64,000 nt of DNA from Squalus acanthias. Lineage: Eukaryota. A program made the translations under genes and the position numbers. Shown here one piece after another: positions 12,901-26,019 of this stretch. Every line of letters starts with the position of its first letter. Position 1 is the first letter of the stretch. The DNA is taken from the NCBI GenBank assembly GCA_030390025.1, contig CM059449.1, positions 33,232,001-33,296,000 of the forward strand, read 5' to 3'. The notes under the pieces were generated by a model. It searched no databases and was not told where the DNA came from. It saw nothing but the letters and a program-made list of their open reading frames with translations.

Positions 12901-15900
12901 GTAGGGAGGGGAGAGAGTGGAGGCAGGAGGGAGGCAGTGGAGAGGGCAGGGAGAGTGGAGAGGTAAAGTGGGAGAGTGGAGGGTAGAGGAGAGCGTAGAG
13001 CTGGAGTGGGAGAGAGGAGGGGAGGGGAGAGTGGAGGGGGAGAGAGAGAGTGGAGTGGAGGGTGGGAAAGAGTGGAGCAGAGGGTTAGAGTGGAGGGGAG
13101 GGAGAGAGTTTAGGGGTGGAGAGAGTGGAGGTGTGGGAGAGACTCGAGGGGAGAGAGAAGAAGGGAAGAGGAGAGTGAAGGGAGGGTGACAGAGGAGAGG
13201 AGGAGTGGGAGAGTGAAGAGGGAGGGGGAGGGGTGCCAAAGTGGAGGGGATGGATAGACTCCAGGGGAGAGTGCGGAAGGGAAGGGGAGAGTGACGTGAG
13301 GGAGAGACAGGAGAGGAGGAGGGCAGAGTAGAGAGGTGGAGTGTGAGAGTGGAGGGGAGGGGAGAGTGGAGGGGGAGGGAGACAGTTGAGGGGGGTGTGG
13401 GGGGAGGGAGAGAGTGGAGGGGGAGGGAGAGCGTGGAGGGGGAGGGGAGAAAGTGGAAGGAGGAGGGAGAGAATGGAGGTGGGTAATAGATTGGAGAGGT
13501 GGATTGGGAGATTGGCAGGGAGGGGAAAGAGGAGAGATGGAGTGGGAGTGTGGAGGGGAGGGGAGAGTGGAGACGTTGATTTGGAAATTGGAGGGGAGGG
13601 GAGAGTAGAGTGGTGGAGTGGAGAGTGGAGGGGTGGGGAGAGTGGAGGGGGAGAGAGGGCGTGGAGAGGTAGAGTTGGAGAGTGGAGCGCAGGGGAGAGG
13701 GGAGAGGCGAGGGAGATAGAGGATAGGGGATGGTACAGTGGAGGGGAGGGGAGAGTGGATAGCGAGGCAGAGAGTGGAGATGTGGAGTAGGAGAGTGGAG
13801 AAGAGGGGTGACAGGAGAGAGTGGAGGGGAGGGAGAGAGTGGAGGGGAGGGAGAGAGTGGAGGGGCAGGAAAGTGTGGAGTGGAGAGAGAGAGTGGAGGG
13901 GAAGGTCAGGGACAGATTGGAGAGGGAAGGGAGAGGGTTTGAGGGGTAGGGAGACTGTGTAGGGTAGGGTAGGGACAGGGTGGAAAGGGGAGGGAGGGGA
14001 AAGGGAGGAGGAGGGAAGTGAGTGAAGAGTAGGGGAGGAACAGATTGGAGAGGGCATGGGGTGGAGCGGGAGGAGGTGGGAAGAGAGTGGAGGGTGTGAG
14101 AGTGTTGAGAGGGGTGGGAGGGGAAAGGGAGAGAGAGAGCGGAGGGTAGTGGTGGAACAGACTGGAGGAGGGAAAGGAGGGAGGAGAGTGGAGGTAAGGG
14201 GTGGGACAGCGTGGTGAATGGAGGGAGGGGAGGCTGAGGGCAGAGAGTGGAGGTTCGGAGAGAGTGGAGAGGGGAGCGAGGGGAAGGGAGGGGGAGGGAG
14301 TGAGTGGAGGGTACGTGAGAGATGAGTGCAGAGTGGCGGGAGGGGAAAGGGAGCGGGTGGGAAGAGAGTGGAAGGTAGGGGAAGGACAGAGTGGTGTGGG
14401 AAGGGAGGGGAGAGTGACGGGGAGGGAGAGATTGGAGTGTGGGAGAGAGTGAAGAGGGGAGGGAGGGGAGAGGGAGAGGCTGGAAAGAGAGGGGGTGGGA
14501 GGGGAGGGACCAAATGGAGGGGAGGGGGAGGGAGAGAGCAGAATGTAGGTGAGGAACAGTGTGGAAAGGGTAGGGAGGGGAGAGAGTGGAGGCAGGAGGG
14601 AGGCAGTGGAGAGGGCAGGGAGAGTGGAGAGGTAAAGTGGGAGAGTGGATGGTAGAGGAGAGCGTAGAGCTGGAGTGGGAGAGAGGAGGGGAGGGGAGAG
14701 TGGAGGGGGAGAGAGAGAGTGGAGGGGAGGGAAAGAGTGGATGGGGGAGGGAGTGAGTGGATGGGAGATTGGAAAGGTGGAATGGGAAAGTGGAGGGGAG
14801 GGGAGATTGGAGGAGAGGAAGAGAGTGGAGAGGTGGAGTTGAAGAGTGGAGTGGAGGAGAGAGTGGAGAGGGGTGTGAGAGAGTGGAGGGGGAGGGAGAG
14901 AGTGGAGGGTGGGAGAGTGTGGAGAGGGTAGGGAGGGGAGAGGGAGGGGTGGGACAGTGCGGACGGAGGGGTAAGGAGGGAGCTGAGTGCAGGGGAGGAA
15001 CAGAGTGGAGAGGTGTGGGAGGGGAGAGGGAGGTGGAGGGAAGATGGTGGATTGCAGGGGACGAACAGAGTGGAGAGGGAAGGGAGGGGAGGGGGTGGGA
15101 GTGAGTGGAGAGGGGAGGGACGGGGAGGGTGAGGGAGGGACAGAGCGGAGGGTAGGGGAGGGACAGAGTGGAGAGTGGAGGGAGGGGAGAGGGAGGGGAG
15201 GGAAGAGAGTGGAGGGTGGGAGAGAGTGGAGAGGGGAGGGAGGGAAAGGGTAGGAAGTGTGAGCGAGTCGAGGGTAGTGGAGCGACAGAGCGGAGAGGGG
15301 AGAGTGGGGGAGGGAGAGGGAGGGAGAGTGCGGAGGATATGGGGGGAACAGAGTGGAGAGGGGAGGGAGGGGGAGGACAGAGTGGATAGGTGAGGGAAGG
15401 GAGGGTAAGGTAAGAGATTAGAGGGTGGGAGAGAGTGGAAAGGGGAGGGAGGGGAAAGGGAGGGGGAGGGAGAGAGTGGAGAGTATGGGAGGGACAGAGT
15501 GGAGAGGGGAAGGAGGGGAAAGGGAGGGGTAGGGAAGGGAGCGTTGTGGAGGGGAGGCACAGAGTGGAATGCGGAAGGAGGGAAGTGAGGGACAGGGAGA
15601 GAGTGGAGGGTGGGAAAGAGTGGAGAGGGGAGGGAGGGGAGAGGGAGGGTTAGGGAGAGTGTTGAGAGTGGAGTAGGAGAGTGGAAGGGAGGGAGAGAGT
15701 GGGGGGAGGGAGAGAGTGGAGGGGAGGGAGAGTGTGGAGGGGAGGGAGATAGTGGAGGGGAGAGAGAGTGTAGGGGAAGGGAGAGTGTGGAGTGGTGGAG
15801 TAGGAGAGTGGAGGGAAGGGAGTGAGTGAAGGGGCGGCGGAGAATGGAGGGGAGGGAGAGGGAGGGAGAAAGTGGAGGGTGGGGTAGAGTTGAGAGGGCA

Positions 15901-18900
15901 GGGATAGGAGAGGGAGAGGAGTGAAAGAGCAGAGGGGTGGGGGAGGGGGAGAGCGGAGGATAGGGGAGGAACAGAGTGGAGAGGGGAGGGAGCGGAGAGG
16001 GAGTGGGAGGGAGCGAGTGGAGGGTGGGAGAGGATGGAAAGGTGCAGGAGAAATTGCAGACGGTGGAGTTGGGGAGTGGAGGGATGGAAGGGAGAATGGT
16101 GTGTAGAAGCGAGTGGAGGGGAGAGAGAGAGTGGAGGGGAGGGAGAGAGTGGAGGGGAGGAGAGAGAGGAGTGGAGGGAGAGAGTGGAGGGGATGGAGAG
16201 AGTGGAGGGGAGGGAGAGAGTGTAGTGGAGGGAGAGAGTGGAGGGGAGAGAGAGAGTGGAGGGGAGGGAGAGAGTGGAGGGGAGGAGAGAGAGGAGTGGA
16301 GGGAGAGAGTGGAGGGGAGGGAGAGAGTGGAGGGGAGGGAGAGAGTGTAGTGGAGGGAGAGAGTGGAGGGGCGGGAGAGGGTGGCGGGGAGAGACAGAGT
16401 GGAGGGCAGGAAGAGCATGGAAGTGTGCGAGAGACTCGAGGGGGAAGAGCCAAAGGGAAGTGCAAAGTGAAGAGAGGGAGAGAGAGGAGAGGAGGAGGAG
16501 GAGAGTGAAGAGGGATGGGGGAGAGTGGAGATGTGGGAGAGTGGAGGGGAGGGAGAGACTCAAGGTGGGTGTGCGGAAGGGAAGGTGAGAGTGAAGGGAG
16601 GGAGAGTAGGAGATCTGGAGGGGAGAGTGGAAAGGTTGAGTGGGAGATTGGAGGGGGAGGTAGAGAATGGAGGGGGAGGGAGAGTGGAGGGGGAGGGAGA
16701 GTGGAGAGGTGGAATGGGAGACTGCAGGGGCGGGGAGAGTGGAGAGGTGGAGTGGGAGAGTGGAGGGGAGGGGAGCGTGGAGGGGGAGGGAGAGAGTGGA
16801 GTGGGGGGAGTGAGAGATTGTAAGGGAGGGAGAGAGTGGAGTGGAGGGAGGTAGAGAGTGGAGTGGAGGGAGGGAGAGAGTGGAGGGGAGGGAGAGAGCA
16901 GAGGGGAGGGAGGGAGTGGTGTGGAGGGAGGGAAAAAGTTGAGCAGAGGGTTAGAGTGGAGGGGAGGGAGAGAGTGGGGGGGTGGGAGTGAGTGGAGGTG
17001 TGGGAGAGACTCAAGGGGAGAGCAGAAGGGAAGAGGAGAGTGAAGGGAGGGAGAGAGATGAGAGGAGGAGGGGGAGAGTAAAGAGGGGAGGGGGAGGGGT
17101 GCGAGAGTGGAGGGGATGGAGAGACTCCAGGGGGGAGTGCGGAAGGGAAGAGGAGAGTGAAGTGAGGAAGAGACAGGAGAGGAGAAGGGGTGAGTAGAGA
17201 GGTGGAGTGGAGAGTGGAGGGGAGGAGAGAGTGGAGGGGGAGTGAGACAGTTGAGGGGAAGCGAGTGCAGGGGGTGGGATAGAGTGGAGGGGGGAGGGTG
17301 AGAGTGGAGGGGGAAGGGGAGAGAGTGGATGGAGGAGGGAGAGATGGAGATGTAATGGAGAGTGGAGAGGTGGATTGGGACATTGGAGGGGAGGGAAGAG
17401 CGGAGAGGTGGAGTGGGAGAGTTGAGCGGAGGGGAGAGTGGAGAGGTGGATTGGGCGATTGGTGGGGAGGGGAGAGTGGAGAGGTGGAGTGGGAGAGTGA
17501 AGGGGAGGGCAGAGTGGAGGGGGAGGGAGAGAGTGGAGAGGTGGAGTTGGAGAGTGGAGTGGAGGGGAGAGGGGAGAGGCGAGGGAGATAGTAGATAGGG
17601 GATGGGAGAGTGGAGGGGAGGGGAGTGTGGAGGGTGTGGAAGAGACTGGAGATGTGGACTAGGAGAGTGGAGAGCAGGGGTGTCATGAGAGAGTGGAGCG
17701 AAGGGAGAGAGTGGAGGGGAGGGAGAGCGTGGAGAGGAGGGAGAGAGTGGAGGGTAGGGAAAGTTTGGAGTCGAGAGAGAGAGTGGAAGGGAGCGGAGGG
17801 ATTGATTGGAGATGGGAGGGAGGGGGATGAAGGGGGAGGGAGACAGAGAATAGTAGGGGAGGGACAGAGTGGAAAGGGGAGGCAGGGGAAAGGGAGGGGA
17901 GGGAAGAGAGTAGAGAGTAGGGGAGGAACAGATTGTAGATGGCATGGGGTGGAGCGGGAGCAGGAGGGAAGAGAGTAACGGTGGGAGAGTGTTGAGAGGG
18001 GTGGGAGGGGAAAGGGAGGAAGAGGGAAAGAGAGGAGGGTAGGGGAGGGAAAGTATGGAGAGGGGAGGAAGGGGGAGGGAAGAGAGTGGAGGGAAGGGTA
18101 GGGACAGAGTGGCGAGGGGAGGGAGGGGAGGGTGAGGAAAGAGATTGGAGGGTCAGTGAGAGTGGAGAGGGGTGGGAGGGGAAAAAGAGCGGTAGGGAAG
18201 AGTGTGGAATGTAGAGGGTGGGCAGAGTGGTGTGGGGAGGGAGGGGAGAGTGAGGTGAAGGGAGAGAGTGGAGTGTGGCAGAGGGTGGCGAGGTGAGGGA
18301 GTGGAGAGGGAGGGCGAGGGAGAGACTGGAGGGTGAAGGAGGGACAGAGAGGAGACGGGAGGGAGGGGAGAGGGAAGTGGTGAGAGTGGATCTGGGAGGG
18401 AAGGAAGAGGGAGAGGGAGGAAAGAGAGTGGAGGGGAGGGGAGGGACAGAGTGGAGGGGAGGGACAGAAAGAGAGCAGAGAGCAGGGGGAGGGCAACAGC
18501 GGAGGGGGGTGGGAGAGTGGAGAGATGGAGTGGGAGAGTGGAGGGGAGAGGAAAGTGGAGAGCTGCAGTGGGAGAGTGGAGGGGAGGGGAGAGTGTAGGG
18601 GAGGAACAGTGTGGAGAGGGGAGGAAGGGGAGAGAGTGGAGGCAGGAGGGAGACAGTGGAGAGGGGAGGGAGAGTCGAGAGATGGAGCAGGAGAGTGGAG
18701 GGGAGAGGAGAGTGGAGAGCTGGAGTGGAGAGCTGGAGTGGGAGCGAGTAGGGGAGGGGAGAGTGGAGGGGGAGGGAGAGAGTGGATGGGAGATTGGAGA
18801 GGTGGAATGGGAGAGTCGAGGAGCGGGAAGATTCAAGGGGACGGAGACAGTGGAAAGGTTGAGTGGGAGAGTGGAGGGGAGGAGAGAGTGGAGGGGCGAG

Positions 18901-21172
18901 GGAGAGAGTGGAGGGGAAGGGTTAGAGTATCGGGGGAGGGAGAGAGTGGAGGGGGGAGGGAGAGGAACGATGGGAAGTTTTAAAGTGGAGGGGGAGGGAG
19001 AGAGTGGAGGAGGGAGGGAGAGAGTGGATGGGAAGGGTTGGAGTGGAGGGGGGAGGGAGAGTGTGGATGGGGATAGAGAGAGTGGAGGGGGCGGGAGAGT
19101 GGAGAGGTGGAGTGGGAGAGTGGGGTGGAGGGGATAGTGGTGACATGGAGTGGGAGAGTGGAGGGGAGGGGAGCGTGGAGGGGGTGGGAGAGAGTGGAGT
19201 GGAGGGAGTGAGAGAGTGGAGGGGAAGAAGAGAGTGGAGGGGGAGGGAGAGTGGAGAGGTGGAGTGGGAGAGTGGAGGGGAGCGTGGAGGGGGAGGGAGA
19301 GAGTGGAGCGGAGGGAATGAGAGATTGTAAGGGAGGGAGAGAGTGGAGTGGAGCGAATGATAGAGTGGAGGGGACGGAGTGAGTTGAGGGGAGGGAGAGA
19401 CTCGAGGGGGAGTGCAGAATGGAAGAGGAGAGTGAAGGGATGGACTGGAAGGAGAGGAGGAGGGGGAGATTAAAGAGGGGAGGGGGAGAGTGGCGTGGTG
19501 GTAGAGTGGAGGGGAGGCAGATACTCCAGGGGGGAATGCAGAAGGGAAGGGGAAAGTGAAGTGAGGGAGAGAGAGGAGAGGAGGACTGGAGAGTGGAGAG
19601 GTGGAGTGGGAAAGTGGACGGGAGGAGAGAGTGGAGGGGTAGGTAGACAGTTGAGGGGGAGGGTCAGAGTGGAGGGGGGAGGGAGAGTGTGGAGGGGAGG
19701 GAGCGAGTGGAGGGGGAGGGGAGAGAGTGGAGGGAGGAGGGAGAGTGTGGAGGAAGGAGGGAGAGAGTGGAGGGCGATGGAGAGTGGACAGTTGGATTGG
19801 GAGATTGGGGGGCAGAGGTGGGGGGAGAGGTGGAGTGGTAGAGTGGAGTGGAGGGGAGCGGGGAGAGTGGAGAGGGACGGAGAGAAGGAGAGTGAGGGAG
19901 TGAGTTGAGAGGTGGAGTGGAAGAGTGGAGGGGACGGGAGAGGGGATTGTGGAGGGCGAGAGAGAGTTTAGATTGGAAGTAGAGATTGGAGAGTGGAGGG
20001 GAGGGGAGAGGGGGAAGGGGATGGAGAGATTGGAGGGGGTGGGAGAGAGTGGGGGGGGAGCGAGAGTAGAGAGGTGGAATGGGGGAGTGGAGGGGAGGGG
20101 AGAATGGAGTGGTGGAGAGGGAGAGTGGAGGGGAGGTGAGAAGGGAGTGTTGGAGTGGGAGAGTGGAGCGGAGGGGAGAGTGGAGGGGGGAGATTGGAGA
20201 GGTGGAGTGGGAGAGCGGACGGAAGGGGAGAGGGGACAGTGCAGGGAGAGATTTGAGAGGTGGAGTTGGAGTGTGGAGGGGAGGGGAGAGGGGACAGTGG
20301 AGGGAGAGATTTGAGAGGTGGAGTTGGAGGGTGGAGGTGAGGGGAGAGGGGACAGTGGAGGGAGAGATTTGAGAAGTGGAGTTAGAGGGTGGAGGGGCGG
20401 GGAGAGGGAGAGGGGAGAGAGAGAGTGGATAGTGGATGGGAGAGTGGTGGTAACAGAGGGAGTGGAGCGTGAGGAAAGAGAGTGCAGCGGAGGGGAGGGG
20501 AGAATGGTGGGAGAGTGGGGGAGGTAGAAAGTTGAGAGGGAGGGAGAATTGGGGTGAGGGAGAGGGTGGAGGGAGAGGGAGTGAATGGGGAGGTGACAGA
20601 TTTGAGGGGAAGGGAGTGGAGGGGAGGGGAGGGAGTGAGCGCAGAGGGAGGGGTCGGGGATGTTTGGTGGGAGGGGAAGGGAGTTCATTGAGTGAGGACG
20701 GGGAGAGTGTTGAGAGGGAGGGAGAGAGTTTCAGGAGGGAGAGGAAGCAGAGGGGAGGGAGAGAGTGGTTTGGAGGGAGAGATTGGAGGGGAAGGAGTGG
20801 GAGGGGAGGAAAAGAGCGGAGGGGCGTGAGAGAGTGGATGGGGTGGGGACAGATTGGATGGGAGGGAGAGGAGGAGAGCGAGGGGAGGGGTCAGAGGGGA
20901 GGGAAGGGTGGGGAGTGGAAGAGTGTGGGGGGAGGGCAGGGAGAGAGAAGTGGGGAGGGGAAGAGGAGTTGGAGGCAGCTGGCAGAGAGTGGAAGGGATG
21001 GGAGGAGGAGAATGGAGGGTAAGAGTGGAGGGGAGAGAGAGTGGAGGAAGCGGAGTGAGGGGGAAAGATTAGAAAAGGGAGGGAAAGGGAGTGAGGGGAG
21101 AGAATGGAGTGGGGAGGGAGGCAGCGGAGTGGAGGGGACAAGGAGAGAACAGGAAGAGAGTGGATGGGAAGA
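9996..21172 (+). repeat. 11.2-kb polypurine (G/A-rich, GGAGAGTGGAGGGGAG-like) complex satellite with internal kb-scale duplications
   Basis: Very C-poor plus strand; landmark strings recur at offsets of about 1770 bp (e.g. GACGTTGATTTGGAAATTGG at 11801 and 13572). Confidence 0.95.
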
Positions 21173-21469
21173 AAAATTCCTTCATCTGGTACTATACAGG
21201 AGGCAGTGACCCAGTTATTGTAAAACGTTTAAGGGCTCCATAAATACCAAGGGGATTGTTTTATAAATGCATCAGACCGGTATACACAGCCGGAATCCAG
21301 AAAAACATTGGTCAAAATAATATCACCGGAAACTGATGTTAAAGCGGTTTACTGAGTCCCTTGTTCCCTGATTATCTCTCCACTCAGGCTGCCTGACCTG
21401 CTGAATACCTCTAGGAATTTTTGTTTCTACTCAGATATCCAGCATCCACAGTATTTTCTCCTGGAATTT

Positions 21470-21830
21470 ATCCCTTGTTTACTGAGTCATGTAACTTTTA
21501 CAGTCTCCCTCAGACCAGGACCTGCAATGTATCCCTGGTTCACTGAGTCCTGTAACTGTTAGACTCCATCAGAGCAGAGCCTGGAATGTACTCCTGGTTT
21601 ATTGAGTCCTGTAATTGTTACAGACTCCCTCAGACCAAGGTCTGAAATGTATCCCTGGTTTACTGAGCCCTGTACCTGTTACAGAGTTCCTCAGACTAGG
21701 GCCTGGAATGTATCCCTGGTTCACTGAGTCCTCTAACTGTTACAGACTCCCTCAGACCAGGGCCTGAAATGTATCACTTGTTTACTGAGTCCTGTGCCTG
21801 TAAGTGTTACAGGGTCTTTGACTTACTTCT
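21470..21830. repeat. ~61-bp minisatellite, about 6 copies
   Basis: ACTGAGTC-like anchor recurs at ~21481, 21542, 21601, 21662, 21723 and 21784. Confidence 0.9.
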
Positions 21831-21844
21831 CTATCTGTTCACGT

Positions 21845-23190
21845 CTCTCATTCTCATCTCTCTCTCTCTCTTTCTTTCTACCTGTGTCTTTGACTCGTTT
21901 CCTTCATCTTTCTCGCTCTCCGTGCCTGTCTCTCTTTCTTTTTATCTCTCTCACTCCCCCTGTCTTTCCCTATCTCTGTTCTTGTCTCTCTCGCACTCTC
22001 TGTCTCTCCTTCGCTCTGTCTCTGTCTCGGTCTCTCTTGCCCTCTCTCTCTCTGTCTGTCACTCTCTCTGTCTGTCCCTCTCTCTCTCTGTGTCTCTCTT
22101 TACCTCTCTCTATGTATCCTGTATCTCTTTATCCATATCTCTCTGACTCTCGCTGTCTCTCTCTATCTCTGTGGTTGTCTACATATCTCTCTCTGTCTCT
22201 TTTTACATCGCTCTCTCTCTCTGTCTGTCTCTCTGTGCCTCTCTCACTGTGTCTTGTCTCTCTGTCGCACTCTTTCGCTGTCACTCTTTCCCTCTCTTTG
22301 TCTCTGTCTCTCTTTACCTCTCTCTCTCTTTGACTGTCTATTTTTCCCTCTCTGTCTCTTTCCTTCTCTCTCTCTTTCACTCTCTTTCTCTGTCTCTCTT
22401 TCCCTTTCTCTCTCTCTCTGTCTATCTCTCTTTCGCTCTCTTTCTCTGTCTGCCTTTCCCTTTCTTTATCTCTCTCTTTCCCTCTCTCTATGTCTCTCTT
22501 TCACTCTCTCTCGCTCTGTCTCTCTTTCGCTCCCTTTCTGTCTCCCTTTCCCTCTCTCTCTCTCTGTCTCTCCGTACCTCTCTCTCTCTCTCTCTCTGTC
22601 TCTCTTCACTCTCTCTCTATGTACCTGTCTCTCTTTCTCTTTGTCTCTCTCACTCTCCCTGTCTTTCGCTATCTCTGTTCTTGTCACTCTCTCTCTCTGT
22701 CTCTGTCTCTCTTTCCCCCTCTCTCTGTCTCAGTCTCTCTTTCCCTCTCTCTCGGTCACTGTCTCTCTTTACCTCTTTTTCTCTGTCTCGCTTTCCCTCT
22801 CTCTCTCTGTCTCTCTTTACCTCTCTCTCTCTCTCTGTCTTTCTTCCCCTCTATCTGTGTGAATCTTTTATTCCCTCTATCTGTGTGTCTGTCTCTCTTT
22901 CGCTCTCTCTCTCTAGCTCCCTTTATGTCTCTCTGTGCGTCTGTCTCTCTTTCACTCTCTTTCTCTGTCTGTCTTTCCCTCTTTTTCTCTGTCTCTCTAT
23001 CCCTCTCTCTGTGTCTCTCTTTCGGTCTCTTTCTCTGCCTCTCTTTCCCTTTCTCTCTTTCTCTGTCTCTCTTTCCCTCTCTCTCTCCATCTCTGTCTGT
23101 CTGTCTTTCACTTGCTCTCTCTATGACTGTCTCTCTTTCGCTCCCTTCCTATGTCTCGCTTTCCCTCTCTCCCGCTCTCTCTCTCTCTCT
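21845..23190 (+). repeat. 1.3-kb polypyrimidine (CT/CTGT-rich) low-complexity tract
   Basis: Degenerate (CT)n/(CTGT)n composition with internal block repeats. Confidence 0.95.
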
Positions 23191-23239
23191 TAACCCTCTT
23201 TACCCAGGAGATAGAAATAAGCTTTTAAAATGCAGCTTT

Positions 23240-24070
23240 TTGCCAGTTTCAGTTACACTGAAACAGTTGTGAACCCGAACCGACTGAGCCGCTTTCCTGC
23301 CGGAGTCTCGCCGCTGGGCTCTGGGTCACTCAGGGGTCAGGTCGGGACTGGGCTCGCAGTTATACTGACACTTCCGTACCCGCGTCCCCCTCCTGCTCAA
23401 CAGAGCGAACATAAAAGCTGACGCAGTAACTGAGCGGTAATATCAGGTTGTCCGGACACTAATGGACATCATCTAATATAAGCAGAGTGAGAAGCGAGTC
23501 TGAGAAACAGGATGGAGCTTCCAAACCCGCTTCATCGCTTCACTTCCGCAAACACTGTCTAGTTTCCCTGTGTGAAACACCTGATGCGACCAACAGGCTT
23601 GCCGGTTACAGTCTAAGATCAGAGGGTGAGCCTGGAGACATTCAACGAGGCATCGGGAACCGGCTACTCACCAGACATGGCCGCTTGTAGGCGGGAGAAA
23701 CTCAGTACAAGTGACAGAAACATGTCGTCCCTCCCGTCCGCCCGCCGTCTCTCCCAGTGACAGGCCAAGACTGAGCGCCTTGAATGAAACCGAGTCCAGC
23801 TTCACTCACAAGTGGGCAGTGCGGGAGCTCACCGTCCAATCGCAGTAAAGATCCGTCACTGGTTGTTCATGGCTGTCTCTGAACCGTGAGCAGCACCGAA
23901 ACTGACTCACAGTGCAAGGCCTGCGCCATGTGGCCATGGAAAACACACGCCGAGCAGTTAGAAATATGTTTAAAACAGCGCTCCGGGGGTTATGTTGTAT
24001 AATTGATAACAATGAATATATTGCCTGAATCTAGCGGGAAACGCCCTCGTTGCCGCAGAGAGTCGAGTCA
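23240..24070. promoter_or_regulatory. CpG-rich candidate promoter / first-exon region
   Basis: Local CpG enrichment; ETS-like CACTTCCG (~23369, 23541), CCAAT (~23836), ISRE-like AGTTTCAGTT (~23245) and GAAACTGACTCA (~23898); minus-strand GCGGCCATGTCTG|GTGAGT at 23666-23684. Confidence 0.45.
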
Positions 24071-24151
24071 TAAACTATTCAGCTTGTTGAACCTCAATAC
24101 AGTGAACCACCGAAGTTCATATCACGGCAATTAAACCCTTTCTCACCCCGT

Positions 24152-24337
24152 GGGCCAATTTTAACCTAACCCGCCCGGCCGAAAAACTAACGGGAACTGG
24201 GGCAAAACTGCTTTTACACCGCGCCCAATTTTACTCTCCATTGAAGTCAGTGGAGAGTAATATTGCGCGGGAGCGGGAAAGCAGCGTTCCACCCGCCCCG
24301 TGGTATCCCGCCCAGCCACTTAGGATAAAATTGCCCC
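24152..24337. mobile_element. Palindromic MITE
   Basis: TIRs GGGCCAATTTTAACCTA / TAGGATAAAATTGCCCC; central hairpin TTACTCTCCATTGAAGTCAGTGGAGAGTAA. Confidence 0.75.
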
Positions 24338-26019
24338 AAACTGCGGCTGTCGTTACAGCAGCAGCGTATGGGCTAAAGTATATATTTTTTAAGTTCCAGC
24401 TTACTTTACACTTCAACTGACGTTATTTTGTGCTTCTGCGATGTAAAACCAAACTGTAAAATATAAAGTCAAAGTACTGTGTAAAAATAAGGACCGAATG
24501 TAGTGACTTTCAAATGGGGAATGAATTATTCTAGGAAAACAACAAATGCTCCAACCATCTCAATTTGTCCACTTCCTAAATTATCCTAAAACTTCGTATA
24601 TAACTATGAATTACATAAAACCAAAGGTTTATATCAGTAAGGAGAGAAGGAATGAATTACAGATAGATGGAGATGAATGATGTCTGTGCGCCTTGGTCCC
24701 GCTTTCCCCAAATCTCGAACCCACCTCACTGGAATAATGCACTCGGTGCTAAATGTTCACTAGAAGGGAAATCAGGTGGGTTCTGGAAATGGTGTGGCGG
24801 CCTCTCCATCTGGTTTTACTCTTTTTCCGCCCAGGTGAGGCTTAACATCCAGGCGGTAAAGATGGAAATCTGCCCTTTGTTCATCAACTTGTGTGCAATG
24901 CCAGGCAAGGTCAACAGTGACATCAGAAGCACCGGTTTCTTGTTTGCGTTTTCACAGTTTGGGAACAGAACTCTACCCTTGATGTGTGGGTAGTGAAACA
25001 AGTTGCAACAGTTTGTTGTGAATACGCACAATATTCCTTCAAGGTGGGCAATTACAAAATGTTGCTTTGTTGGTATTTTCCATCTCCAACAAAGAGTAGA
25101 TGTGTCCCTCTGATCTGTGTTGAGGTTTTTATTTCATCCAAGGCTGCGACCAGGTGGGATGTGGGATTAGAATTAACCCCCGTGTTATGGGCTGGCAGAT
25201 CCCAGGTACACAGTGCTGGTCGATACTGAGTGACCAGCCGCTGGAAGATCCTTGTGCACCTATGTTGGATCTGTCGTTGCTGCGATGCACTGCCCCTCAG
25301 AGTGGAATATCCCGCTTACTCTCATTCTACGGGCTCGCACCTGAAAAGTGTTCTCATCAGAGAAATGGGAGAGGTCGCAGGCACCCGCAGAACTCTGTCT
25401 CAGAATCAGGTACCACCTCCCCTAGAGGAGGGCGAGCTCACAAAATGAGAGGCAAATTCAGAGAGAAAGTGTAAAAACCAAACCAGGAAAAGACGTCTAA
25501 TTGCATTTATCCCAGCAAATATTTAAGTCTTTTTAAGCTAGACTGTCCCACTAATTTGTCTAACTTTCCCATGTTCCCACTTTCCCAAAGACTCGCATGT
25601 TCCCATGGGTGAAATTGACATTTTATCCATTTACTAGTCTGTATATTAAGACATCAGCATTTTACAATTTTATTTTTCAAATAAGTGCCATTGTTTTTGT
25701 GACACGTATATAACTGTGGGCCCCAAGAATGATTCACGTCTGGAGGCTCTTCCTCTTGTAGTTTCACTTCCTCTGAAAGAATTAGCATTGCAATTGAAGA
25801 ACTTCCTCAATTCAAGATTCTGTGGAACTTCCAAGTTCCCTGAGAGCACAACAGTCATTTCATGAGCACTTTAAACTGCAAATTTATTTCTTTGTGTTTC
25901 TGTTATTGTATATTCGTACAGAACCAAGTTTGAGATCATAGTGAATCCAATTACTCCACCGATACCTAGTGCTCTGCCGTGAATCCGCCAAGCTTCTGCA
26001 TCCGTGCTGTCTGAACCGA

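Noticed and set aside
9996-21172. Immunoglobulin switch-region-like G-rich repeat
   Set aside because: AGCT motifs are rare and no Ig constant exons are present.
9916-21209. Very long Pro/Ser/Leu-rich (minus) and Gly/Glu/Arg-rich (plus) ORFs, up to 1102 aa
   Set aside because: They overlap in all frames, and stop codons are depleted simply by the base composition; no domain signal.
21769-23272. Ser/Leu-rich ORFs over the CT tract
   Set aside because: Low-complexity translation artefacts.
8744-25216. RSS heptamers CACAGTG/CACTGTG (8744, 25210)
   Set aside because: No nonamer at 12- or 23-bp spacing and no V, D or J coding segments nearby.
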